Origin: Candidatus Bathyarchaeota archaeon
Lineage (GTDB): Archaea > Thermoproteota > Bathyarchaeia > Bathyarchaeales > Bathycorpusculaceae
DNA: 64,000 nucleotides
Direction of reading: 5' to 3'
NCBI GenBank assembly: GCA_963707955.1
Contig: OY970176.1
Coordinates: 1,600,001 to 1,664,000 of the forward strand
The notes under the pieces: generated by a model
The model's input: only the letters and a program-made list of their open reading frames with translations
What the model was told of the DNA's origin: nothing
Database searches by the model: none
Shown: in pieces, positions 39,001 to 48,337 of the stretch
How positions within the stretch are numbered: position 1 is the first letter of the stretch
Layout: each line of letters begins with the position of its first letter
Translations under genes and position numbers: made by a program

Positions 39001-39966
39001 TTGCAGAAGAAGCTGTTGTTACAAGAAGATGGGAAGACACAGAAGGTCAAGGAGATCACAATAGTCGACGATCCACAAAAGTTGAAGATGATTCTGAACA
39101 GGCTGAGCTGGAAGATTCTGGAGATGCTTTCTGAAAAAGAGATGTACCCGCTGGAAATAGCTAAGGTCCTCAGAGTTCACGAGCAGAAGGTGTACTACCA
39201 CATCAGAAAATTGGAGAAGGCGGGCGCGATAACTGTCGTCAGACAGGAAGAAAAGAAAGGAGCCACCGCTAAGTATTTCAAAACAGTTTCTCCTGCTTTC
39301 GGCATCGAGCTTCCTCAAGGTTATACACCGATAAAGAAGCTCTCTCTATTGGGCATGGAGGGGCAGATCCAGAAGTTCTTCCGAGAATTCATTCGGAAGG
39401 ATAGCTCTTTCGAAGGGAAGATAGTTGTGGGTAGTCCAACGCCTCATGGGGCGTTCAAGACGAGCGCGCGAGACGGACATTACGCTTCTCATCTCGCCTT
39501 CTTTTTAGGCCAGTTTGTGAGGATGCCTGACGAATTTGCGATAAAACTTGACGTTGACGTCAAGGCTGAGAAGGAAGAAAAGAACAACCTGGTTCTTGTG
39601 GGCGGACCAGGCACAAACCTGCTTACCCAAGAGGTGAACGAGTACTTGCCGATAAGGTTCGACATGCGGCACTCGGAGGAGGGTTTCATGTTCGGAGGCT
39701 TGGTGTCCAAGAGAACATCTCTCGTGTACACCGCCGATAATGTTGGTTTAGTCGCGAAAATCGTGAATCCATGGGACAAAGAAAAGCGGGTCATAGTCCT
39801 AGCCGGAAACAAGACGGTTGGCACGAAAACCTGCGTCCTCGCATTGACGAATTTTTGGAAAAAGACCTTGGAAAACTACAAGGGTGACGAGACTTTTGCC
39901 AAGGTTGTTCAAGGCTTTGACTTGGACGGCGACGGAAAAGTTGACTCGATAGAGGTTCTTGAGTGA
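39001..39966 (+). CDS. ArsR-type wHTH regulator with an uncharacterised C-terminal domain
   Basis: EMYPLEIAKVLRVHEQKVYYHIRKLE, NLVLVGGPGTN and terminal DLDGDGKVD. Confidence 0.75.
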   Translation: MQKKLLLQEDGKTQKVKEITIVDDPQKLKMILNRLSWKILEMLSEKEMYPLEIAKVLRVHEQKVYYHIRKLEKAGAITVVRQEEKKGATAKYFKTVSPAFGIELPQGYTPIKKLSLLGMEGQIQKFFREFIRKDSSFEGKIVVGSPTPHGAFKTSARDGHYASHLAFFLGQFVRMPDEFAIKLDVDVKAEKEEKNNLVLVGGPGTNLLTQEVNEYLPIRFDMRHSEEGFMFGGLVSKRTSLVYTADNVGLVAKIVNPWDKEKRVIVLAGNKTVGTKTCVLALTNFWKKTLENYKGDETFAKVVQGFDLDGDGKVDSIEVLE

Positions 39967-40402
39967 CTTGTATCCCCTCAAATTGGACGAAGTTATTCTT
40001 GCACGTGGTCACGAGAACATTTCGGCCACGCATGAGACAACGATTGAAATCACGAAAGAACCGCGCCTGTCAGAAAGTGGCGATTGTATCGTCGCTGTGT
40101 CGGCCAACAAAGCATTAAGTGACTTGAGTTCCGAGTTTAAAAAGAACTTGCTGAAGGATCACGCTGATATCACTGTTTCACTCGAAGCCGGAGGAGTCAC
40201 GGAAACCTTAACCGCCCATGGGAGTTCTCGCCTGATTCTAACACATCCGACTGACATCGTTGTGAGAAAGAGCAACTACGTCTGCAGCCGAACATTGGCG
40301 ATTCAAGCAGACAAGTCAGCATCCGAGCTCTCAAGAGATCTTGTTAAGAAATTGAAAAACAGCAAGCAGAATGTGAGGATAACCCTGACCATGGAAATCT
40401 AG
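39959..40402 (+). CDS. DUF371-family protein
   Basis: ARGHENISATHETTIEITK, GDCIV and VRKSNY. Confidence 0.88.
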   Translation: MSDLYPLKLDEVILARGHENISATHETTIEITKEPRLSESGDCIVAVSANKALSDLSSEFKKNLLKDHADITVSLEAGGVTETLTAHGSSRLILTHPTDIVVRKSNYVCSRTLAIQADKSASELSRDLVKKLKNSKQNVRITLTMEI

Positions 40403-40447
40403 CGCGCTTTCAACGGACGTTGCGGCTTTATCAGGACACAACAAGGT

Positions 40448-41536
40448 TTAACGTATGTTTGCATCTAGGACGGCTTGCCATTCGTACGGGGCTGTTTCTC
40501 GAACCATCCTTGAGAACGGGACTTCTGTGACCTTTCTTCCAGTTTTTTCAACAGCTTCTGCGAGGTGGAGCTTTGTTGCTTCTAACGGGTTTGGCGCGCT
40601 GACAAAACTGTAAAAGTGTATGGTGCCTCCCTCGGGCTTGAGGGCTCTGCATGCTGCATCGACAAATTCGATTGCTTTTTCGGGCAGGTTCATAATCACA
40701 CGGTCTGCGACGCTGGTGACCTTTTCGTCAACGACGTGTCTCGCGTCTCCAAAGAAAGGATGGACTTCACCGACCGCCCTGTTGAGCCTGATGTTCTTTT
40801 TGAGATATGCAAAAGCGTTGGGATTCGCGTCTATCGCGTAGACTTTCACGTTTTGATGGGTTTTGGCTATGAGTATGGCGAAGGGGCCGACTCCTGCAAA
40901 CATGTCTATTATCGTTTCGTTTTCCTTAACTAGAGAGGCCACTCTCTTGTGTTCGTATGAAAGGCGGGGCGAAAAATAAGCCTTGGCGACGTCGACTGAG
41001 TATTGGCAGCCGAACTCTCTGTGGACAGTCTCGGTTTTCCGTTCTCCACCTATGACGCTGAATTCTCTCAATCGGTAGGTTCCGCTGACAGCGCCGGCTT
41101 TTGCCAGCACGGTTCGTACGTTCTTGTTCGTTTTGAGAATTGCTTCACCTATGATCCTCTTGTACGCGTCTAACTCTTGAGGAATCTCGATTATCGCTAT
41201 CTCCCCCACGAAATCCGCGGCGTGCGGTAAACTGGCCAACAGGTGAGGAGGCAATTCGGTTGAAAGCATTTCTGCCAAGGACGGTTTCTGTTTCTTTCTT
41301 TCTTGAAATGTGAACGCTAAAATTTGATAGGTCACTCCTTTTTCGCTGAGAGTCTTCAAAGTATCCTCTTGAAGCTGGCTGATGAGTGGGATGTACAGAA
41401 AATCTTCGTCTCTCTGAACTTCAAATTCCTTATCGATGATCTTCGCTTCACTTGCCAGGGCTATTGCTTCTTCGCCTTGTTTTTTCGGAACTCTTAAACA
41501 TCTGACTTTTTTTGGCATTTCGTCACGCAGGCTCAA
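40448..41536 (-). CDS. trm5: tRNA (guanine37-N1) methyltransferase, Trm5 family
   Basis: YFSPRLSYEH, DMFAGVGPF, RVIMNLP and an N-terminal D1 domain. Confidence 0.85.
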   Translation of the reverse strand: MSLRDEMPKKVRCLRVPKKQGEEAIALASEAKIIDKEFEVQRDEDFLYIPLISQLQEDTLKTLSEKGVTYQILAFTFQERKKQKPSLAEMLSTELPPHLLASLPHAADFVGEIAIIEIPQELDAYKRIIGEAILKTNKNVRTVLAKAGAVSGTYRLREFSVIGGERKTETVHREFGCQYSVDVAKAYFSPRLSYEHKRVASLVKENETIIDMFAGVGPFAILIAKTHQNVKVYAIDANPNAFAYLKKNIRLNRAVGEVHPFFGDARHVVDEKVTSVADRVIMNLPEKAIEFVDAACRALKPEGGTIHFYSFVSAPNPLEATKLHLAEAVEKTGRKVTEVPFSRMVRETAPYEWQAVLDANIR

Positions 41537-42323
41537 TTTTTTCTCGTGTTGCCGTGATGACTGTATAGAACTGGGTTAACTCGGTGTCTGTGAGGACGTA
41601 TTGCTCCTTTGCTTCTTTGCTGGCCGCGTGCACGTATTTGCGAAGTGCCTCGGGACTAATGTCAAAGTATTTTCCTTTGTCCTCGATCAACGCGTCGTAG
41701 GACTTTTTGTAGGCGATGGTTTTCATCCTGGATACGTGGAATCCGTGAGTTTCGAGCAGTCTCTTCGTTTCTGAAGCTTTGTAGTATCTTCTGTGGGCTC
41801 TAGATATCGTTCTCTCCAGCGTTTCGAAGAATTCCTGGTTGTCAGCTTCGTGTGGAGACAGGTCGCCGTACACGAAAGTGCCTCCTTCTTTGAGCAATCG
41901 TCCATAGTTTTCTAGCGTCTTTTCTTGGTCTTCGAAGTAATGCATAGTGCTCATGCACAGTATTGCATCGAAGGCTTCGGCTGCGAAGGGCAGGTGTTCA
42001 GCATCCCCCAGGATCAGTTCTGAATGCTGTCTGTAGGTGAGGAGCTTATCTCTCGCGTTGTTCAGCATTTCTCTCGTTAGGTCAAGCCCTATGAGATAGG
42101 GTCTGATCTTTTCAAGCAGGGGCTTCGCGTTTCTTCCGCTTCCGACGCCCACTTCTAGCAGAAGCTTGTTCTCGAAACGTGTGAAGGCGTTCAGCACTTC
42201 GTCAAGTATTTCAGTTCCAAAACCGTTTTCGGATTTCCACGTCCTGCTCTTCTGCCGGTCGTAGTCTTTAGCCCTAATGGAATAGTATTTCTGGACGGTC
42301 TCTTTGCGGGTGCTGTTGGTCAT
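41523..42323 (-). CDS. Class I SAM-dependent methyltransferase
   Basis: LLEVGVGSG and GDAEHLPF...FDAI. Confidence 0.85.
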   Translation of the reverse strand: MTNSTRKETVQKYYSIRAKDYDRQKSRTWKSENGFGTEILDEVLNAFTRFENKLLLEVGVGSGRNAKPLLEKIRPYLIGLDLTREMLNNARDKLLTYRQHSELILGDAEHLPFAAEAFDAILCMSTMHYFEDQEKTLENYGRLLKEGGTFVYGDLSPHEADNQEFFETLERTISRAHRRYYKASETKRLLETHGFHVSRMKTIAYKKSYDALIEDKGKYFDISPEALRKYVHAASKEAKEQYVLTDTELTQFYTVITATREKIEPA

Positions 42324-42333
42324 GTTGGTCTCT

Positions 42334-43371
42334 TCACTCTGTTCTTTCCACTTTGTGAAGCCCGTTCACGTTTTCAACGTTAAACTTAACGTTCAAGATC
42401 TGTTCCGTAATCCAGATGTTTGTTTCTAAGTGTTCTGAAACTGCGCGCGTGAAGTAGATGGAGTTTCCTTTGGCCAGGGCCACGTATGGGATGAGCAGAT
42501 CGGCCAAGTGCACGTCGACTGTGGGTTCGGCAGCCATCTCCGCGTAGAGTTTCTGAGCGGCCTCTTCGCCGACTTTTTCGCTTGTCTTCTTCAGTTCGCC
42601 TATCGCGTCAGCTCCCAACAATGTGCCCGTGTCAGTTTCGGCCCACATCACCATTGAGCTGCCCTTCTGCAGGGGGTTTGACGTGTCGTTTACTGCTTGA
42701 ATCTCTGTTGCGTAGCCTTTTTCTCTCAGGTAGTCTTTTGCCGCGTTTGCTTGTCTTTCAGCCACTTTCCTCTCGGCTAAGAATGTGCACACTGATACTC
42801 CTTTGATGGCTTTTATCTTGCCGAATGTTTCCATGTGTAAAGGTCTGAGAGAATGTGCCGGCTTCACTGTTGCCGTAACTTCGCCGTTCCCTCTTGGGTA
42901 GTAACCGTACTTGTGGACCTTCAGAGTTGCTTCCAGACCCATGCGGCAGAGAGTTGGTAAGAGGATGAAGCGGATGTAATTTATTGTGGGCGAGTTTGAA
43001 ACGTCGGTTCCACCCTTGGAAACGTGCAAGACAACGGTGCTTTTAGCATAAGCGCATATCGGCAGCACGGTCATTAAGAGCATTGGTATGCTTCCGGCGG
43101 TGCCGATTTCTGCCTCGATCTTGCCGCCTTCAACTTCTCTGGGCTTAAACCAGAGTTCGCGGGAGTCAATTTTTGCCCCCTCAAGTTCAGCGTTGCACAG
43201 TTTTGCGGCTGTCAAGACTGCTTCCAAGTGTTGGGGTTTCAAGCCTGATTGAGGTCTGTTGTGTCTGACGTTGTAGATGTGAAGCGGTTGCCCCGTTATG
43301 GCTGACAGGGCGACTGACAGTCTGAGGATTGTGCCGCTTCCTCCTTTTTTGCTGCCATCAACTTCGATCAA
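42334..43371 (-). CDS. rtcA: RNA 3'-terminal phosphate cyclase
   Basis: IEVDGS...GTILR, GLKPQHL, TAGSIPM, GGTDV, GYYPRG and VDVHLADLL. Probable TTG start. Confidence 0.92.
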   Translation of the reverse strand: MIEVDGSKKGGSGTILRLSVALSAITGQPLHIYNVRHNRPQSGLKPQHLEAVLTAAKLCNAELEGAKIDSRELWFKPREVEGGKIEAEIGTAGSIPMLLMTVLPICAYAKSTVVLHVSKGGTDVSNSPTINYIRFILLPTLCRMGLEATLKVHKYGYYPRGNGEVTATVKPAHSLRPLHMETFGKIKAIKGVSVCTFLAERKVAERQANAAKDYLREKGYATEIQAVNDTSNPLQKGSSMVMWAETDTGTLLGADAIGELKKTSEKVGEEAAQKLYAEMAAEPTVDVHLADLLIPYVALAKGNSIYFTRAVSEHLETNIWITEQILNVKFNVENVNGLHKVERTE

Positions 43372-43465
43372 GTATGCTCTGCGCGCCTCTTTTTCGGCTT
43401 GTGAGAAGAGTCGGAAACAATTAATAAATAGGTGAAGTATTAAGGATTTGGAGGGTTGAAGGCTT

Positions 43466-43894
43466 ATGAGCATGGATAAAGCGAAGGTGGACAACCTGAC
43501 CAAGAGAGTTGACGAACTCGTCGTGATCTTGAGCGGTATCGCTGAGGACTTGAGGCAGGTGTCCGCTTCGTTGAAGTCGCTGTCGGTTCAACAGATCACC
43601 CAGCCTGTGGCTGCGCCGCCGCCTCTATCACTGGGCCAGTCTCCGACTGTCGCCGGGGCGCCTCGGGCAGCAGAGAAGTCGAAGGCTATAGAAGACCTGC
43701 GAACGATGTTCCCTGAAGACTTGGAAAGCATGTTGAATTTTGAGGAAAAAGACGATTACATAATCATCAAGCCGCGGCAGTACTTGGGCTCTGAGAACTT
43801 CTCAAAAATCGCCTCTGTCGTGCGTCAAGCTGGAGGAGAATACGTCAGTGCCGGAAAAGCATCGCACTTCAGAGTGCCCAGACAGAGGACTTGA
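43466..43894 (+). CDS. Hypothetical protein (coiled coil, linker, small alpha/beta domain)
   Basis: C-terminal IIKPRQYLGSENFSKIA...GGEYVSAGKASHFRVP. Confidence 0.7.
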   Translation: MSMDKAKVDNLTKRVDELVVILSGIAEDLRQVSASLKSLSVQQITQPVAAPPPLSLGQSPTVAGAPRAAEKSKAIEDLRTMFPEDLESMLNFEEKDDYIIIKPRQYLGSENFSKIASVVRQAGGEYVSAGKASHFRVPRQRT

Positions 43895-43924
43895 ACAAAC
43901 TCTTTCCTCATGTGAAAGCGTCTG

Positions 43925-44200
43925 CTAATACCTTATTTCAAAATCGTTGAACTCGCCTGTGTAAGGCTCCCAAGCAACTTCTAACGCGGCGACTCTTGCC
44001 GTCGGAGGACCTCGCTTGCAGAACTCTACGAGTTGCTTCACGTCTTGTTCTTCACCTTCAAAAACGGCCTCAACCCTGTCGTCCGGTAGGTTGCGGATCC
44101 AGCCCTTCACCTGATGCTTTCTCGCCTCGTACCTTGCTTCTGACCTGTAGAACACGCCTTGCACTCTGCCTTCCACGAACACGTGCGCCCTGATTTTCAT
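43925..44200 (-). CDS. acyP: Acylphosphatase
   Basis: VEGRVQGVFYR, GWIRNLPD and GPPTARV. Confidence 0.93.
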   Translation of the reverse strand: MKIRAHVFVEGRVQGVFYRSEARYEARKHQVKGWIRNLPDDRVEAVFEGEEQDVKQLVEFCKRGPPTARVAALEVAWEPYTGEFNDFEIRY

Positions 44201-44313
44201 CGCTTCTCCGTCAGGAAGCTTTTCACTTAAACTCATCTCTCTGCCTTGTAGACGTGTTGTTTCAGCACTTGTTTTAAAAGATGTCCGTTCGACCGTGATC
44301 TTGGTGAGCGTGC

Positions 44314-44649
44314 ATGCTTGAGAATTGTAACGGGAAATTGTTTGTTTACGCCTCGAGTTTTGCGTCTCGCGAAAAACGCTTGAAGCCCGTGAGTGTTGCA
44401 ACAGAGAAGATGGCTAAACATCTGAAGCTGAGTTTCGAAGTCAAGACCTTCACGAAGAAGTTTCTGCCGATTTACGTTTACTACAAGAACGGTGAAGAGG
44501 AGCCTATTCCTATCTATTGCGTAGGCGAGGAGCAGTCAAGCATCGAAGACATTTGCATGCAGTTGAGGAACATGATGTTTGTCTTGTCCTTTCATCCCAA
44601 ACATACAGCTTTGAGGCAGAGGAGGAAAGAAATCATGCAGTTTTCGTGA
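44314..44649 (+). CDS. Hypothetical protein
   Basis: 111-aa ORF convergent with the arcadin-1 gene; PIYVYY...PIPIYC...MMFVLSFHP. Confidence 0.65.
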   Translation: MLENCNGKLFVYASSFASREKRLKPVSVATEKMAKHLKLSFEVKTFTKKFLPIYVYYKNGEEEPIPIYCVGEEQSSIEDICMQLRNMMFVLSFHPKHTALRQRRKEIMQFS

Positions 44650-44959
44650 ACTTCAGGCTTTGATTTTCAAGGTTTATGTCGTAGATCTGGTTAACGTCAA
44701 AGTTTATGCCTAAGGTCTCGTACTCTTGTTCTGTTAAAAACAGGATTATTTTTGGAATTGCGAAATCCACTCTTCCGGGAAACATCGGCATCTGCTGCTG
44801 CAGGGCTTGAAGCACGTCTTGGACAACTTTGGCTTCTTCTGTTTGAGGTCTCATTGTGAAGTGGGGAACTTGTCGGTCTTCGATCAGCTCTATTCGTTTT
44901 CCAAGGTTGCCGTCCGGGTCATGGATGGATTCAATCTTCTGCACTCTTACTCGAAACAT
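44633..44959 (-). CDS. Arcadin-1-like protein
   Basis: DPDGNLGKRIELIE...QTEEAKVVQDV...IPKIILFLTEQEYE matches the remembered Pyrobaculum arcadin-1 pattern (DP-G...I..VE; VPRITLWLTEEE). Confidence 0.72.
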   Translation of the reverse strand: MFRVRVQKIESIHDPDGNLGKRIELIEDRQVPHFTMRPQTEEAKVVQDVLQALQQQMPMFPGRVDFAIPKIILFLTEQEYETLGINFDVNQIYDINLENQSLKFTKTA

Positions 44960-45026
44960 GGTCTGTCACCACTGAAAAGGCTCAAAGGAGCTTTATAGAT
45001 TTCGGAAGCGTCTCCAACGTTTTGAC

Positions 45027-45956
45027 TCAGTCTGTGGAATCATGCGGAAACGACTCATCCAGTCTTGACTGAATTTTGATCTCTTTCGGTTCGGAAACAT
45101 ATTCTGTTGTCTTCTGCAGCTTGCGGAGAAGTCTGAGCTGTTGCTGGATCTTTTCTTCGTCTCTAGTTGGTAATTCTAGGACTTTCGGAGTGTCCTCAAA
45201 CCTCTTATCTCTAACGATGGCATGGAAGACTTGCAACCCTAATTTTCCTTCTCCGATGGCCATGTGTCGGTCGATTCTGCATCCTAAGTCTCCTTTCGAA
45301 TCGTTCACGTGCAGCATCTTGAGCTTGTCCTTTCCCACCTTTGCGTCAAATTCCTTCAAAACGTTCTCGTATCCTTGATAACCTCGGATGTCGTATCCCG
45401 CGGCGAAAACATGGCACGTGTCAAGGCAGACGCCTAGCAGATGGCTCTTTTCCACTCCTTTTATGATTTCTGTCAGATCCTCAAAGCGTGAACCAATAGC
45501 AGTGCCCTGACCAGCCATAGTCTCAAGAAGAATCATGACATGTGAGGCCTCGGTACCGTTGAAAACTTCGTTTAACGCATTGACCGTTCGGCCGATCCCA
45601 GCCTTCTTGCCAAGTCTGCCGCAATATCCCGGGTGCATCACTAAAAGCTGAATTCCCAGCTGATCAGCAATTGACAATTCAGTGGCCAGCCTAGTTTTTG
45701 AGTTTTGCCAGATTGCATCGGTTGGCGCTGCTGGATTTACTATGAGGGGGACGTGTGCGATGACCTGCTTGACGCTGCTTGTCTGCCAGGCTGTCCTAAA
45801 ACTAAGAGTTTCTTCAGGTGATAATTCCCTGGTTTTCCACGTGCGAGACAGTGTGATGTAGGTTTGTGCACATTCGCAACCCCACTTTTGCGCATATGCA
45901 AATAGTGTTGACAGGCCACCCTTACCGGGGTGAGCAGGAACGTTTGATCCAATCAT
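45027..45956 (-). CDS. nfo: Endonuclease IV (AP endonuclease)
   Basis: VMHPG, LLETMAGQG, CLDTCHVFAAGYD, HVNDSK and DRH. Confidence 0.92.
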   Translation of the reverse strand: MIGSNVPAHPGKGGLSTLFAYAQKWGCECAQTYITLSRTWKTRELSPEETLSFRTAWQTSSVKQVIAHVPLIVNPAAPTDAIWQNSKTRLATELSIADQLGIQLLVMHPGYCGRLGKKAGIGRTVNALNEVFNGTEASHVMILLETMAGQGTAIGSRFEDLTEIIKGVEKSHLLGVCLDTCHVFAAGYDIRGYQGYENVLKEFDAKVGKDKLKMLHVNDSKGDLGCRIDRHMAIGEGKLGLQVFHAIVRDKRFEDTPKVLELPTRDEEKIQQQLRLLRKLQKTTEYVSEPKEIKIQSRLDESFPHDSTD

Positions 45957-46217
45957 CTTCTCACTAGTTGTTTACTCGTGCAGGAAGACCGTGCAACTCT
46001 ATGATTTTCCTCATTCCTGCGATCGTATTTGCAACAAGCCTCTTTAGGTCAAAGGTCTGCAAGGCCTAGCCTCTCAGGCTGTTAACTGCTTTGCGGTTTT
46101 ATGTTTTGCGCAGTGTGACGCCTTGGCAATTCCCAGCTAGATCTCTCATGATTTTAGACTGGCGCGCGCGGGCAGAAAGACATAATAGTTCTTTGAAGCC
46201 ACGGTATTGTGGAAACA

Positions 46218-46493
46218 ATGAAAATAAACATTGACGTCCTAATGGTCATTCTTCTCGTGATCTTCGTGGGGAGCCTAGTCGGGCTTATAATCTATGGCGA
46301 GGTGTGGCGCATCAACCTCTCGATGACTGACACGCAGATTGAAAACTTCGATGCAGAACGCACGCGAAACGCTTTCATATTGTCAGCTGTTTGTATTGCA
46401 TCCGGGGGCTCCATGTTATATATACTTATTACAAGGTTCTCGCCGGAAAAAGAAAAGAAAAAGGTCTCTGCCTCCGGCGTCACCCATGAATGA
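46218..46493 (+). CDS. Small membrane protein with two TM helices
   Basis: Two hydrophobic helices, flanked on both sides by (GC)4-5 runs. Confidence 0.6.
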   Translation: MKINIDVLMVILLVIFVGSLVGLIIYGEVWRINLSMTDTQIENFDAERTRNAFILSAVCIASGGSMLYILITRFSPEKEKKKVSASGVTHE

Positions 46494-46635
46494 AGTATCG
46501 TGTTTCTGTTGAATTGCGGTCGCGCAAGGACCGCGCGCGCGACGGAGGGTTAGCAAGTGTCAAAAACAGCGTTTGACTTTGTGAAATTTTATATTCGTTG
46601 CATGTTATATCCTTAACATGTTTGGGGGAAGTGGC

Positions 46636-46788
46636 GTGAAACTTGTAACCGTATTATTGCCCGAAGCTTATTTGGAAGGTTTAGATGAGCTCGTGAGAGC
46701 TAATATGTATCCGAGCAGGAGTTCAGCTATACGGTCTTCGGTGAGGGATCTGCTGAAGAAAGAGCTTTGGGAAAGACGCGGAAGATGA
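46636..46788 (+). CDS. Ribbon-helix-helix (CopG/CdrS-like) regulator, not in the ORF track
   Basis: Hand translation: MKLVTVLLPEAYLEGLDELVRANMYPSRSSAIRSSVRDLLKKELWERRGR. Confidence 0.85.
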   Translation: MKLVTVLLPEAYLEGLDELVRANMYPSRSSAIRSSVRDLLKKELWERRGR

Positions 46789-47444
46789 AGCTTTGCAGTG
46801 GAAGGAAACTTCAATACACAATTCCACTGCCCGCAAGGCTCATCAGTTTTCTCAGAGGTAAGTCGGTAAAAACTGTCTTGGAACTCGGCTGTGGTTATGG
46901 CAGAGCCTGCTTTTTCTTACATGAGAACGGTCTTTGCGTCGCAGGCGTCGACTTAGACAAGGTGCAGGTCGGATTGGCTTTACAGGAAGCAAAATCGCGG
47001 AGGATTCACGATGGAATAGACTTTGTGGTCAACGATGCTGGAAATCTATGTTTCCCAGAATTCTCTTTTGACGCGGTCACGATGCTAGGAGTCCTCACTC
47101 TGGTTCCAAAAGCCGAAAGGCCGAGAATAATGAACGAAGTTGAAAGAGTCCTAAAACAGGTGGGCTACGTTTTCATCGAGGAGTTTGGCCGGACTTGGGA
47201 GAATCCGGTTTACAGGAAGAGATACAAGGAGGACTTGAAGGTCACCGGTGAATTGGGCACAGTCACAGTTAGGGATGACAATGGCAGGGTTCTGCATTTT
47301 GGGCATCACTTCACCCGCGGAGAGCTGCTCAGTCTTCTCAGAGGCTTCCAAATTGTCAGTTTCGAAAAAGACGTTTTCACAAGTTATTATCACAGAAACT
47401 GGGTCAAAGGAAACATCATACTGGCCCAGAAACAGCGAAGATAG
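46785..47444 (+). CDS. Class I SAM-dependent methyltransferase
   Basis: VLELGCGYGR and DAGNLCFPEFSFDAV. ATGA overlap with the RHH gene. Confidence 0.82.
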   Translation: MKLCSGRKLQYTIPLPARLISFLRGKSVKTVLELGCGYGRACFFLHENGLCVAGVDLDKVQVGLALQEAKSRRIHDGIDFVVNDAGNLCFPEFSFDAVTMLGVLTLVPKAERPRIMNEVERVLKQVGYVFIEEFGRTWENPVYRKRYKEDLKVTGELGTVTVRDDNGRVLHFGHHFTRGELLSLLRGFQIVSFEKDVFTSYYHRNWVKGNIILAQKQRR

Positions 47445-47495
47445 GTTTTTTCCATCAAAATGGCTTTGCGTAAAGCTCTTCTTATTGAAGCGTCA

Positions 47496-48263
47496 TTAGC
47501 TAGGTTTTCCTAGGTCTCTCACTTTCTTGGCTGTTTCCGCAGGGTTTTCTGCGAGTGTTATCTCTCTTCCCACGATCAGATAGCGCGCGCCAGCCTCTAT
47601 GGCCGGTCGAACCGTTGCACCTTGAGCTCCTATTCCAGGCGAGTATATTGGAACCTTTTCTCCGAGTATTTCATGCACTTCTTTTATCTTCTCAGGGTAA
47701 GTCGCGCCCACAACTGCGCCGTCTGCGTCGTATTTCAGAGCTTTTTTTGCGAAGGATATGTACTGAAACGTTTTCGCGCCGCTTTCAGTTTCAATGATTG
47801 TTTGCCCGTAGCCTTCAGCTGCGGCTTTGTGACTCATGTAGACGAGGAGGATTACCCCGCGGCGCAGTCGGCGTGCAACATCAAAGATGGGTTTCAACCC
47901 TTCTTCCCATCCGGTGAATGGGTTGGCTATTAGGGCGTCGAAGCCCGCGGCATAGTAGTACTCAGCGATAACTTGGTTCGTGGCGCCGATGTCATTCGCC
48001 TTGCAGTCCATTATTGTCATCAATCCGGCATCGTGAGCCTTTCTGACAAGTTTTTCAACACCGTCAAACGTGCCCAGAGGAAGGACTAGGTGATGGTTGA
48101 ATTTGACAGCGCAAATGTAGGGATGAACAATGTCCAGAACGTGTTCTGCTTTGAGAAAGAGGGCCCTTCGGTTTTTTGGGTTTTCAAACGGAAAGTCAAA
48201 AGCCAAAACGATGTTAGATTCCTTTTCCCTTGCCTTCTTTTCCATCTTGACGCGGAAAGACAA
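47496..48263 (-). CDS. pyrF: Orotidine-5'-phosphate decarboxylase
   Basis: DCKANDIGATN, VVGATYP, YSPGIGAQG and IVGR. Confidence 0.92.
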   Translation of the reverse strand: MSFRVKMEKKAREKESNIVLAFDFPFENPKNRRALFLKAEHVLDIVHPYICAVKFNHHLVLPLGTFDGVEKLVRKAHDAGLMTIMDCKANDIGATNQVIAEYYYAAGFDALIANPFTGWEEGLKPIFDVARRLRRGVILLVYMSHKAAAEGYGQTIIETESGAKTFQYISFAKKALKYDADGAVVGATYPEKIKEVHEILGEKVPIYSPGIGAQGATVRPAIEAGARYLIVGREITLAENPAETAKKVRDLGKPS

Positions 48264-48337
48264 ACTCAAACGCCTCTCTCTACTTGGTGATAAGACTAAA
48301 AACTCTTTTGCTTCCCACACTTGCCCAACTGCTATTC

